Positions 1 through 8,246 of a DNA stretch of 64,000 bases are shown here, in pieces. Under the pieces are notes generated by a model. That model saw nothing but the letters and a program-made list of their open reading frames with translations, made no database searches and was not told the origin of the DNA. The DNA comes from Candidatus Komeilibacteria bacterium (GTDB lineage: Bacteria > Patescibacteriota > Patescibacteriia > UBA1558 > GWA2-36-10): NCBI GenBank assembly GCA_018656065.1, contig JABHZY010000024.1, forward strand, positions 160,970 to 224,969, read 5' to 3'. How positions within the stretch are numbered: position 1 is the first letter of the stretch; each line of letters begins with the position of its first letter. Both the position numbers and the translations under genes were made by a program.

Positions 1-941
1 CCATAAGGAGATCCTTCATTCAAACCACTACGATGAACTACAGTATAAACATCATAAGAACCAGCTCCTGTAGACAAATTAATATCCTCATAATCATAAG
101 CTGGTAAATTTTGTGAACCACAGTTTAAGCCCATTACTTCTAAATCTACTACAAATTCAGCATCAGCATCTTCGCAGCTTGGTTCTGGCTCTTCACAAGC
201 AAAATTAAGAGTTATTGCATTGCCTGGTTCATAATGACCACCGCTATCATATCTAGCTGTCATGGAAAAATGATAATCTGTATCACATAGATAATTATAA
301 GCATAATTATAAGATGTAACACCTGGATCAGGAATCCACTGTATTAATACATCGCCTGGATTTAGCGGATACTCAGGATTAGGATTTGTTTCAGAGAAAA
401 CTACTTTATAACCCTGTAGTCTTTCGTCTGTAATCTCATCCCAACTAATTAAAACATTTCCATAATCACCATTCCATTCTGCATCAACTACTGGTACTGG
501 ATATGGCAATTCTTGGTCATTATAACAAAAACTCACATGGCTAAGTCCATAAGGTAAACCATTTGAGTCATTTATCGGTGTTGATAAATCAAAACCGCTT
601 GTTGCAGATGGGTTGTAGCTGTAGACATTGGCATTTGGACCACCTTTAGCAATGACTGCGTCTATGCCAAAAGTTGAGCTCCAATCAAACATACCCTGAG
701 TACCATTTACAATGGTTACAGAACCATCGCTATTAGGATAAGTACCATCAACAGGAGGTTCAATTTTAAACTCATTATCATAGCCTAAGTCTGAACAACT
801 TGGATTTCCCTCTACAAATTCTGGATTTTCTACAGTAGCTTGTGCTATTGGTATAGAAAAATCAACACTCAAGGCTGAATTTCCTATTACCATAGTGAAT
901 GCTATGAAGTAAAAAAGTCCAGTTTTTAAGACATTTTTCAT
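1..941 (-). CDS. secreted hypothetical protein, N-terminal part only (ORF runs off the left edge)
   Basis: My own minus-strand translation from the ATG at 941 gives MKNVLKTGLFYFIAFTMVIGNSALS..., a signal-peptide-like start. The frame is open to position 1. It is absent from the ORF track because it has no stop in the window. Confidence 0.5.
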   Translation of the reverse strand, partial: MKNVLKTGLFYFIAFTMVIGNSALSVDFSIPIAQATVENPEFVEGNPSCSDLGYDNEFKIEPPVDGTYPNSDGSVTIVNGTQGMFDWSSTFGIDAVIAKGGPNANVYSYNPSATSGFDLSTPINDSNGLPYGLSHVSFCYNDQELPYPVPVVDAEWNGDYGNVLISWDEITDERLQGYKVVFSETNPNPEYPLNPGDVLIQWIPDPGVTSYNYAYNYLCDTDYHFSMTARYDSGGHYEPGNAITLNFACEEPEPSCEDADAEFVVDLEVMGLNCGSQNLPAYDYEDINLSTGAGSYDVYTVVHRSGLNEGSPY

Positions 942-1098
942 ATTTTATACTAATCAATTAGTTAAAGGTAATTGTAATATAATTACAATTTATATATTTA
1001 AATTATTATTTAATTTTAACAGATTATTATACCAATATATTCTAATTGTTGTCAACAACTAATAATCAACATCCTTCTACCCTCTAACTTACTCTCTT

Positions 1099-2928
1099 TT
1101 AAAAAATAGTCAAGAAGGTTAATAAAGCTATTAAACCTAAGGTTGAAGTTATAGTACCAAGATGCTGTTTCCTAACCTGTATAAAGACATTCATAACTAA
1201 AGCAATAAAGGCTAATATTAGCATAATTTGATAATAAACATTACCTATATTAAACAGAGGTTCTATAAATTCTGATTTACTTTGTTTTAAAAATGAATAT
1301 TGATTTATGGTAGAACCAGCCACTGGTTTAATATCTTCCCAATTGATGTCTTGAACCAAGACATTACCTGCTTTATCCACAGCTGTCAAAGAAGCTAAAA
1401 CTATTGGATTAAATAAAGAATCATAATCCACACCTGATATAATATGATGTCCAGTCCACTTACCTTCTTCACTATAATCTTTAATTAAATCTATTTTATT
1501 ATCAGCAAAATTTACAAAAGCTTCCATTGTATCATCACTCAAATAAGCAGTAGCTTTCAATACTATATCATCTCCTCCACTAGGTTTATTTACCAAAATA
1601 AAGGTCTGACTCTGATCTAGACTAGGAATTGTATTATCTATACTAAGTGTATAATAAATTGAATCAGCTGATTTTTGTCCTTGGTAGGCCATTAATTGCA
1701 GATTATGCTTACCTTCATTAAATTTAATAGCTATATCAAACTCTTCTTTATCCACAACCTTATTAGCAATTAACTCCCCATCTGAATAAACAGCTATTCT
1801 ATCAGCTCCCTGAGCTAAAACATTCAATATATTTATATTATCTTTAGAAATATATCCATCTACTGGACTAAGTAAAATTGGCTTCTTTAAAACTACTATT
1901 TCTTTTTCAGCTAAAACTAAATCATTTTGCGGTTCTGAAATAGGCAAATCTTCTTCTGCTGCTTCTTCAATAATCTCCTCTTCTTCATCTAAATCAATAA
2001 TTACTTGTTCTATTTTTGTATTATAATCTTGAGCTTTTTCAATATTTTCCTTTATTTCTGGGGCAATAGGTTCTTCTACTGGTTCAGGAATTTCAACAAC
2101 TGGAACAGCAACTGTATATGGATCAGCAAAATATTGAGCAGTTAAAGTAGTCTCATAACTATTATAATCACCACTAACTACACCAACACCTATTTGTGTA
2201 TAATCAGGGTCAATTAAATTACTATAGTGAGTTGAAGACTCTTTCCAAGCTGCCACTACATCATCAGCATCTGAAAAACCAATAGCCAGGTTTTCTCCAG
2301 CTACCCTAAAATTATAATTTAAATCATATAACCAATGTCTAAGAGCTCTATCATCAGGACTAACATGAGCAAAATATTGATCAATTAACATGTCATTAGC
2401 TTTATTTAAAGCTGCTTGATTCAATACTTGATTTTCTACAACCGGAGCTATACCTAATTCAGTTCTAATATTATTAGTTAATTGTATAATCTTTTGAGCT
2501 TGTTGATGTAAAATATCAGGAGATAGCCAGGCTTGAACTGGAAATGATAAAGCAAAAGCTACCATAATTACTTTTATGGTTATAGCTGAAATAGCATGAA
2601 AGGCTAATCTTTTTGGATGTAGAGCGTGAGGTTTAAAACTATTACATTGATTAGGAATAAAAAGATCCCTAAGGTTGCCTTTGCCTCTAGGATTTCGACC
2701 AGACTTTACCTCTTGACCATCTGACATATCATCAGAATCGGTGTCTGGATCAAGCGGGTCTGTCTTATAGACGTGTACCTCTTGATAATCTCCTAATTCA
2801 TCTTTATCAGTATCTGCATTGTGAGGATCTGTGCCCAAAGCTTCTTCCTCATGGTCTAATAAACCATCAGCATCAGAATCTAATATTTTTTTGTCTTTTT
2901 TGTCGTTTGACATAATTTTTACAGACAA
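1099..2928 (-). CDS. CAP/SCP (YkwD-like) domain protein with N-terminal Asp-rich Ca-binding-type repeats and a C-terminal membrane anchor
   Basis: 609-aa ORF. It has DxDxDG-type repeats (DSDADGLLD, DTDKDELGD, DPDTDSDDMSDG). The CAP-like core reads GENLAIGF...AAWKESSTHYSNLIDPDYTQIGVGV. The C-terminus is hydrophobic. Confidence 0.65.
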   Translation of the reverse strand: MSVKIMSNDKKDKKILDSDADGLLDHEEEALGTDPHNADTDKDELGDYQEVHVYKTDPLDPDTDSDDMSDGQEVKSGRNPRGKGNLRDLFIPNQCNSFKPHALHPKRLAFHAISAITIKVIMVAFALSFPVQAWLSPDILHQQAQKIIQLTNNIRTELGIAPVVENQVLNQAALNKANDMLIDQYFAHVSPDDRALRHWLYDLNYNFRVAGENLAIGFSDADDVVAAWKESSTHYSNLIDPDYTQIGVGVVSGDYNSYETTLTAQYFADPYTVAVPVVEIPEPVEEPIAPEIKENIEKAQDYNTKIEQVIIDLDEEEEIIEEAAEEDLPISEPQNDLVLAEKEIVVLKKPILLSPVDGYISKDNINILNVLAQGADRIAVYSDGELIANKVVDKEEFDIAIKFNEGKHNLQLMAYQGQKSADSIYYTLSIDNTIPSLDQSQTFILVNKPSGGDDIVLKATAYLSDDTMEAFVNFADNKIDLIKDYSEEGKWTGHHIISGVDYDSLFNPIVLASLTAVDKAGNVLVQDINWEDIKPVAGSTINQYSFLKQSKSEFIEPLFNIGNVYYQIMLILAFIALVMNVFIQVRKQHLGTITSTLGLIALLTFLTIF

Positions 2929-3248
2929 ATATTAATAGTTAATTAAATCATATATCTACAATTTTGTCAATAGAGACAAAAATCCCCTATTTTCATACCT
3001 TTATTATATCATAAAAACTAACAAAACAAATACCCAAGTCACTATAATTAAGAAGGTTTTTTTATTATAAATTAGCACTAAAATTACATTAAAAAAGAAC
3101 TCAAATATTACATTTATAAGATTAATTATAAACAAAGAAAAATAGAAAAATAACTAGCTATTTCCATAGTTATCCACAAACTAAAAGTTATCCACATTAT
3201 CATATTAAAGTATAGAATAGTCTATACTTTAATCTATATAGAACTATC

Positions 3249-3269
3249 AAAAAAACACCCCTAAGGATG
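3249..3269 (-). terminator. intrinsic terminator directly after the orphaned tRNA-Thr 3' half
   Basis: The minus strand reads CAUCC-UUA-GGGUG-like hairpin followed by a U-run (plus strand aaaaaaacacccctaaggatg). Confidence 0.4.
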
Positions 3270-3273
3270 AAAA

Positions 3274-3318
3274 TGGAGCCGTCACGCAGACTTGAACTGC
3301 GGACCCCTTCCTTACCAT
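3274..3318 (-). pseudogene. 3' half of a disrupted host tRNA-Thr(GGU) (attR side)
   Basis: The reverse complement reads ATGGTAA-GGAAG-GGGTC-CGCAG-TTCAAGT-CTGCG-TGACGGC-T-CCA. Its anticodon 3' stem and acceptor 3' strand are exactly complementary to the 5' half at 11332-11368. Confidence 0.8.
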
Positions 3319-3335
3319 CAATCAGCTCAAGTATG

Positions 3336-3377
3336 TTCTCTTATTATTTATCTAACCTTAGATAAATAATAAGAGAA
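3336..3377. repeat. perfect 19-bp inverted repeat with a 4-nt loop, just inside the attR end
   Basis: The arms are ttctcttattatttatcta and tagataaataataagagaa, separated by acct. No U-run follows on either strand, so it is not a classic terminator. Confidence 0.8.
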
Positions 3378-3445
3378 TTACTGAATATAATGATATTTTA
3401 CAGATGAGCGCTTTATCTCCTAAATACTGCCATTAAAATATATCA

Positions 3446-4402
3446 CTATTCTATCAAATCATCAACTCGAATTAGCTCACAATCCCCCTTCATAACTCCT
3501 GTAGGTAAGGATCTTGTATATTTAGCCGTCATACGTGGGTCTTTATGTCCTAATAACTGCTGTAATTTATAATAATTATATTTACTAACATTCAAATAAT
3601 TAACAGCAAAAGTATGCCTAAATTGATGAAGGTGAAATTTCACACCTGATTTTTTAACAATTTGGTCTTTTGTATGCTTCAAGCCATAATTTGTAAATTT
3701 ACTTCCTCTACCAGAAACCCATAGATATTCTGATTTATCTTCTATTATTTTTCTTTCCTTCAAATAATCCCGTAAAGCTACTTTTAATTTATTATTTATG
3801 GGCACCACTCTTAATCGTCTAGACTTAGAAGTCTCTGGGTTTATAGTCAATTCATTATTATTAAAATCTAGACTATCTAATTTTAGACCTAATAATTCTC
3901 CTGATCTTATACCAGTATATAGAAAAGTATTAATTATGGCGAAGTTTCTTTTTCTAATAAAACTATTACGCCAATCTATATGAAAATTAATAGATGACAT
4001 AATACGCTCCACTTCTTTTTTTCTTAAATACTTCCTATCTTCATATTGAACTACTGGATATTCTAGCTCTTCGCTATCGAATGGATTAGAATCAATATGA
4101 TTATGAGCTTTTAACCATTTGAAGAAACGACTTAATCCACTCCAATGTGTTGCAACTGTACTTTTCTTAATACTTTTTACTACCTTATCCCGCCCTATAG
4201 TTCTTTCTCTTTTATCTAACCAACGAAAAAAATGATTAATCATCTTAGAATCTATCATTACTAATGTAATATCGGGGAAACACTGTATTAGTAGCTTAAA
4301 AGTAGTCTCATAGCCTTTTATAGTTGTTGGCGCTAACTTTTCCATATAAGTTAATTGATCTATAAATTCTTTATGTAAATTTACTAGTTTATTATTATCC
4401 AT
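3446..4402 (-). CDS. tyrosine recombinase / phage-type integrase
   Basis: 318 aa. It has a SAM-like N-terminal domain. The catalytic signature is TGIRSGELLGL ... HQFRHTFAVNYL ... LLGHKDPRMTAKYT (R..HxxR..Y). Confidence 0.85.
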   Translation of the reverse strand: MDNNKLVNLHKEFIDQLTYMEKLAPTTIKGYETTFKLLIQCFPDITLVMIDSKMINHFFRWLDKRERTIGRDKVVKSIKKSTVATHWSGLSRFFKWLKAHNHIDSNPFDSEELEYPVVQYEDRKYLRKKEVERIMSSINFHIDWRNSFIRKRNFAIINTFLYTGIRSGELLGLKLDSLDFNNNELTINPETSKSRRLRVVPINNKLKVALRDYLKERKIIEDKSEYLWVSGRGSKFTNYGLKHTKDQIVKKSGVKFHLHQFRHTFAVNYLNVSKYNYYKLQQLLGHKDPRMTAKYTRSLPTGVMKGDCELIRVDDLIE

Positions 4403-5175
4403 AATTATTTATTATATTATTAAAACCATGCTTATATGCATAGTTTCTAAATAAAAATACCGATACAGGTAAATAGTATAAAACTACGCATATAGCGTAT
4501 TCTATACTCCCTGTTCGGTTTCATTCTAACTAATAATCTTTTCCCCTTTTGGGTACTCCCAATTTAATTAGTTCTAACAAATGGGGGCCTTTAATTCCAT
4601 ATATTATGGATGCAAGTGGCCAAAAATATCACGAACACCAAGAGTGTTTATTCAATTGTATTAATTATACCATACATAAACATCTTTATGCAATTATGTA
4701 AGCATTTCATATAATTAAATTAGTAATCAATATAGTGTGTTAAATGTAATTCTATAAGTGTTATTTTGAATGCCATCTATAATATATATACCCCTCTGTA
4801 CACAAAACACTATGTATTTCCGTACAGTGTGTGAAACACTGAGTGCATGGGAGAGACTAACCCTCTGCCTCACAGACATGAATACAATAATAACGAGAAA
4901 GCGAGAAAAGGTAGTGGGGGTATCTGAGAATCGTGAACGTTTTATTATGACTTCACCCTCTATCATAAAAGTTAATATAATTTGAAAATACGGGCATTAT
5001 TTGCTACAATTGAGATACAATTTAATGGGCCTAAACTCTATATTTATAGAGCATGGCTTAAAATCATAACGCATATTGACCCCGTCATTCAGGGCATGCG
5101 TTATGTTATGCAGGGAAACTTGTATATAGGCTTAGGCCTTCCTGGTGGCGGGTTTTGTGTTATTAATAAAAAAAT

Positions 5176-5805
5176 ATGCCAGTATTTGATGCATCAGTTT
5201 TGAATCCAAAAATTAGAGAAATGCAAACCTATTATGATCCAGAAAGTGGTTGTCAGGTATATAATGATAGGCAGGCTTTTGAATCTTGTAAACAGACTTA
5301 TTATCTAAAAATACAAACTGAACAAAATAAAGAATATAATAACCCAATTGATAATTATGAAGTTGAAACACCCCATCAAAACCTTGAAGATATTAATTAT
5401 GAATTATTATCTATTAAAAAAGAAATAAATGATATTAAAACCGATACCTATAATAAAGGATCCGATTACTTAAATTTAACTTACTTCTTTGCCGGTATTT
5501 TATTAGTATTAATAGTATTTATTTTTATAAAACTATTTAGAAAATATAAAGTTAGAAAAAAAGATCATTTAATTGATAAAATTATAAAGAAACAAGAAAA
5601 AAAATGGTGGCAACTCAAATATATGAGTAAAAATGATTATGGTAAAATAGCTATAATTGGATTAGTCCTAGCTTTTATAAAAACTGGCATCCCTGTACCT
5701 CTAAACCCATTATTAAATTTCTTAGTGAATGTAATAATAACCTTTGGATTATTTGCTGGAATTATGTGGATTATAGAAAAAAGTAAAAGAAACAAAAAAG
5801 AATAA
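5176..5805 (+). CDS. hypothetical membrane protein (island cargo)
   Basis: 209-aa ORF with about 3 hydrophobic helices (FFAGILLVLIVFIFI, IAIIGLVLAFI, VIITFGLFAGIMWII). I recognise no family. Confidence 0.5.
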   Translation: MPVFDASVLNPKIREMQTYYDPESGCQVYNDRQAFESCKQTYYLKIQTEQNKEYNNPIDNYEVETPHQNLEDINYELLSIKKEINDIKTDTYNKGSDYLNLTYFFAGILLVLIVFIFIKLFRKYKVRKKDHLIDKIIKKQEKKWWQLKYMSKNDYGKIAIIGLVLAFIKTGIPVPLNPLLNFLVNVIITFGLFAGIMWIIEKSKRNKKE

Positions 5806-5816
5806 ATTATGTCTAT

Positions 5817-6338
5817 ATGATTATAGAAAATCAATTTATCATTCCTTTTGTTAAAGAAGTTAAGCTTCTAATGAAAGATAAGGAAAATGAATATTACAAA
5901 GATATACCAAAAATAATTATACTAATGACACTTTGGGGTAAAATGGGCTTACATAAAACAGTTAGACGTGTTCATATCGATGATTTTAATAATGATTTCT
6001 ATAATATATGTTATGAACTTACAAGATATGGTTTAACTATCGGCATATGTTTAATGAAAAAAGTTGATAAAAAAAATATAAAAATTATACCAACATGCTA
6101 TGGTATATCATCTCATATTGGCGTAAAAGAATTACCTCACTTCCCATCTATGATTGATAAAATAATTAATCTTGAAGTAGATAAGGTCACTAAAAAATAC
6201 TTTGATGAAAGTCCCCACCGCTATAAAGATTTTACACAAAACCTTATAAAAGAAAATATATTTAGATATTATACTAATAGAGCTTTCCAAATAGCTATAA
6301 ATTCTAATCTTTATGTCACTCTCCCAAAAACTAATTAA
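5817..6338 (+). CDS. hypothetical protein (island cargo)
   Basis: 173-aa ORF, co-directional with and 11 nt after the previous gene. I recognise no family. Confidence 0.45.
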   Translation: MIIENQFIIPFVKEVKLLMKDKENEYYKDIPKIIILMTLWGKMGLHKTVRRVHIDDFNNDFYNICYELTRYGLTIGICLMKKVDKKNIKIIPTCYGISSHIGVKELPHFPSMIDKIINLEVDKVTKKYFDESPHRYKDFTQNLIKENIFRYYTNRAFQIAINSNLYVTLPKTN

Positions 6339-6471
6339 AAAATATCAAAAACTTCATAAAAGAAAATTTGGTGAAAATATAAGTGAAGAAGAATCTGAAG
6401 AAGCATTGAATAATTTAGCTGATTTTTTTCAACTTTTGCTTGATGTAGATAAAAAGAATAATACGAAATAA
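6313..6471 (+). CDS. possible small acidic protein (52 aa), below the ORF-track cutoff
   Basis: My own translation gives MSLSQKLIKKYQKLHKRKFGENISEEESEEALNNLADFFQLLLDVDKKNNTK with a stop at 6469-6471. It overlaps the end of the previous ORF. Confidence 0.3.
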   Translation: MSLSQKLIKKYQKLHKRKFGENISEEESEEALNNLADFFQLLLDVDKKNNTK

Positions 6472-6498
6472 TAATTTAGAAAAAACGACTACTTATGC

Positions 6499-6527
6499 TT
6501 GATTTTATTAGCTTTTTATAGTATACT
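6499..6527 (+). promoter_or_regulatory. sigma70-type promoter of the RT leader
   Basis: TTGATT (6499-6504), a 17-nt spacer, then TATACT (6522-6527). Confidence 0.55.
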
Positions 6528-6533
6528 AGACGT

Positions 6534-6827
6534 ACTTATGGAGAATTGTTCATAAGGAATTATGTTGATAAGGTTCGTCAACTTTATGGCTATCGCCAAT
6601 ACCTGTATATATTCAGGTATGAGAATTAGCAATAAAGTGACTAGATGAACTATTAGATGCCTCAAGAGCTCAAGGAGCTTGGCTGATAATAAGGACTTTA
6701 TACCTCTAAACATAATATAACATAAGTTATATTCCTCCTGGCCGCGTCTAAGCGGTAAGTTACGTTTGGACCTTAATACCACACGAGAAGCCAGGATTCT
6801 CGGTATTAAGGCGTGTATCACAATAAA
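6534..6827 (+). ncRNA. structured ~290-nt leader / candidate RT-associated ncRNA
   Basis: No plausible sense ORF. Hairpins lie at 6535-6556 (cttatg/cataag) and 6599-6620 (atacctg/caggtat). A compound hairpin at 6771-6811 pairs ccttaatacc with ggtattaagg around an inner gagaa/ttctc stem. The leader looks more GC-rich than its flanks by eye. Confidence 0.5.
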
Positions 6828-8228
6828 ATGAATCTACAAAAACTCAAAAGAGAATGGTTGAAATTAGAAAATGATAAAGTACAAGAAAAAAGAAAATACA
6901 AACAATTCAACTATAGAGTAAAAAATATAAGTGAAAAATTGGCTCAAAAAATATGGGAACCAGCATTTGTTGCTGGTTATTCTTTTTATCCATTTATTAA
7001 ATACTATGACATACAACGAAAGTGTAAAAGAGACCCAAAAACTTCAAAAATATATATATCTAAAAAAGAAAGACCTATTTGTCTAACTGGTCATAAGGAA
7101 TCAATTATAGTTTCTTGGTACGCCCACTTACTGAGTCATATATATGAAATATGGATGAAAAAATATAACTTAGAAAATGAGGTGATAGCTTATAGAAGTA
7201 TAGAGGGTAAATCAAGTTATAATTTTGCATCTGATGTTTTTAATTTCTGTAAAAAACAAAAAGAATCTGTAATATTAACTTATGATATAAAAGGCTTTTT
7301 TGATAATCTAGATCATAAAATAATAAAAAAACTCTGGGTAAAATTATTAAAAGAGGTGGATATTGAAAATTCACACAATGGATTACCAAAAGATCATTAT
7401 GCTGTTTATAAATATATGACCTCATACTCTTTTGTAAATATAAATGATGTTTACAGTGCCTTGGGTTTGAAAAAGAAAGATCTAAGAGCTATGTTAAGAT
7501 TATGTTCTGAAGATGACTTCCATCAAAAGATCCAAAGAAAAGGAAAAGATAAAAGTTTAATACAATCAAATAAACCATCTTTAGGAAAAAGGGGTTTTGG
7601 TATTCCACAAGGAGCTGCAATTAGTGCTGTATTGTCCAATATGTATATGATAGACTTTGATCGTTTAGTATCTACTAATGTCAAGAAAATAGGAGGTTTA
7701 TATCGCAGATATAGCGATGATATTGTTGTAGTCGTACCTACAGAACACTACAAAAAAACTAACCAGTCTATAAATAATATTATCTCAAAAATTCTTTTAG
7801 AGCTTGAGCCTACTAAAACTACTATCACTAAAGTAAAGCTGAATAAAGATAATAATTGTAGTTGTTATGACCTAAATGGTAAAAATGTATCTGTGCCTTA
7901 CCTTGGTGTAGAATGGGATGGTAAAAAAATACTACTGCGTGGTAAAACTCTAGCAAGGTACCACAGGAGAATGTCTAAAGCTGTATATACTGTAGCTAAG
8001 AATGCACAGCTTAGAGGACAAAAATATATTCCTAAACGTCGTCTGTATGAAGCATTTACTGGCTATGGAAAGAGTAACTTTCAATCCTATGTATTGAGAG
8101 CGGGAAAAGGGATAAAGTCAAAAGAACTAATAAGACAAATCTCTAAACATAAAGCTATGCAACACCTAAAGAAGAAAATTAAAAAAACTATATCTAAATT
8201 AAAAAACGAACCAAAAAAATCATCTTGA
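6828..8228 (+). CDS. standalone reverse transcriptase (retron / Abi / DRT-UG-like, clade not assignable by eye)
   Basis: RT motifs occur in order: DIKGFFDNLDH, GIPQGAAISAVLSNMYM, YRRYSDDIVVVV (YxDD), LELEPTKTTITKV, VPYLGVEWDG. The track start at 6813 is a GTG; the ATG at 6828 (MNLQKLK) is more likely. Confidence 0.85.
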   Translation: MNLQKLKREWLKLENDKVQEKRKYKQFNYRVKNISEKLAQKIWEPAFVAGYSFYPFIKYYDIQRKCKRDPKTSKIYISKKERPICLTGHKESIIVSWYAHLLSHIYEIWMKKYNLENEVIAYRSIEGKSSYNFASDVFNFCKKQKESVILTYDIKGFFDNLDHKIIKKLWVKLLKEVDIENSHNGLPKDHYAVYKYMTSYSFVNINDVYSALGLKKKDLRAMLRLCSEDDFHQKIQRKGKDKSLIQSNKPSLGKRGFGIPQGAAISAVLSNMYMIDFDRLVSTNVKKIGGLYRRYSDDIVVVVPTEHYKKTNQSINNIISKILLELEPTKTTITKVKLNKDNNCSCYDLNGKNVSVPYLGVEWDGKKILLRGKTLARYHRRMSKAVYTVAKNAQLRGQKYIPKRRLYEAFTGYGKSNFQSYVLRAGKGIKSKELIRQISKHKAMQHLKKKIKKTISKLKNEPKKSS

Positions 8229-8246
8229 ACTAGATGATTTTTTTAT

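Noticed and set aside
3170-3196. Calling the DnaA-box pair a replication origin.
   Set aside because: There are only two boxes, no dnaA/dnaN context and no obvious 13-mer-type unwinding element. It is kept as a low-interest observation only.
3798-7425. Small antisense ORFs at 3798-3983 and 7240-7425, plus 4727-4966, 4770-4985, 4982-5203 and 5637-5834.
   Set aside because: The first two are shadows of the integrase and RT genes. The others overlap each other or a better ORF, lack SDs and give low-complexity peptides.
6813-8228. The RT as a diversity-generating retroelement or a group II intron maturase.
   Set aside because: Motif 4 is QGAAIS, whereas DGR RTs have the I/LGxxxSQ type. I saw no template/variable repeat pair near any 3' gene end. 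There is no X/maturase or En domain and no domain V-like RNA downstream.
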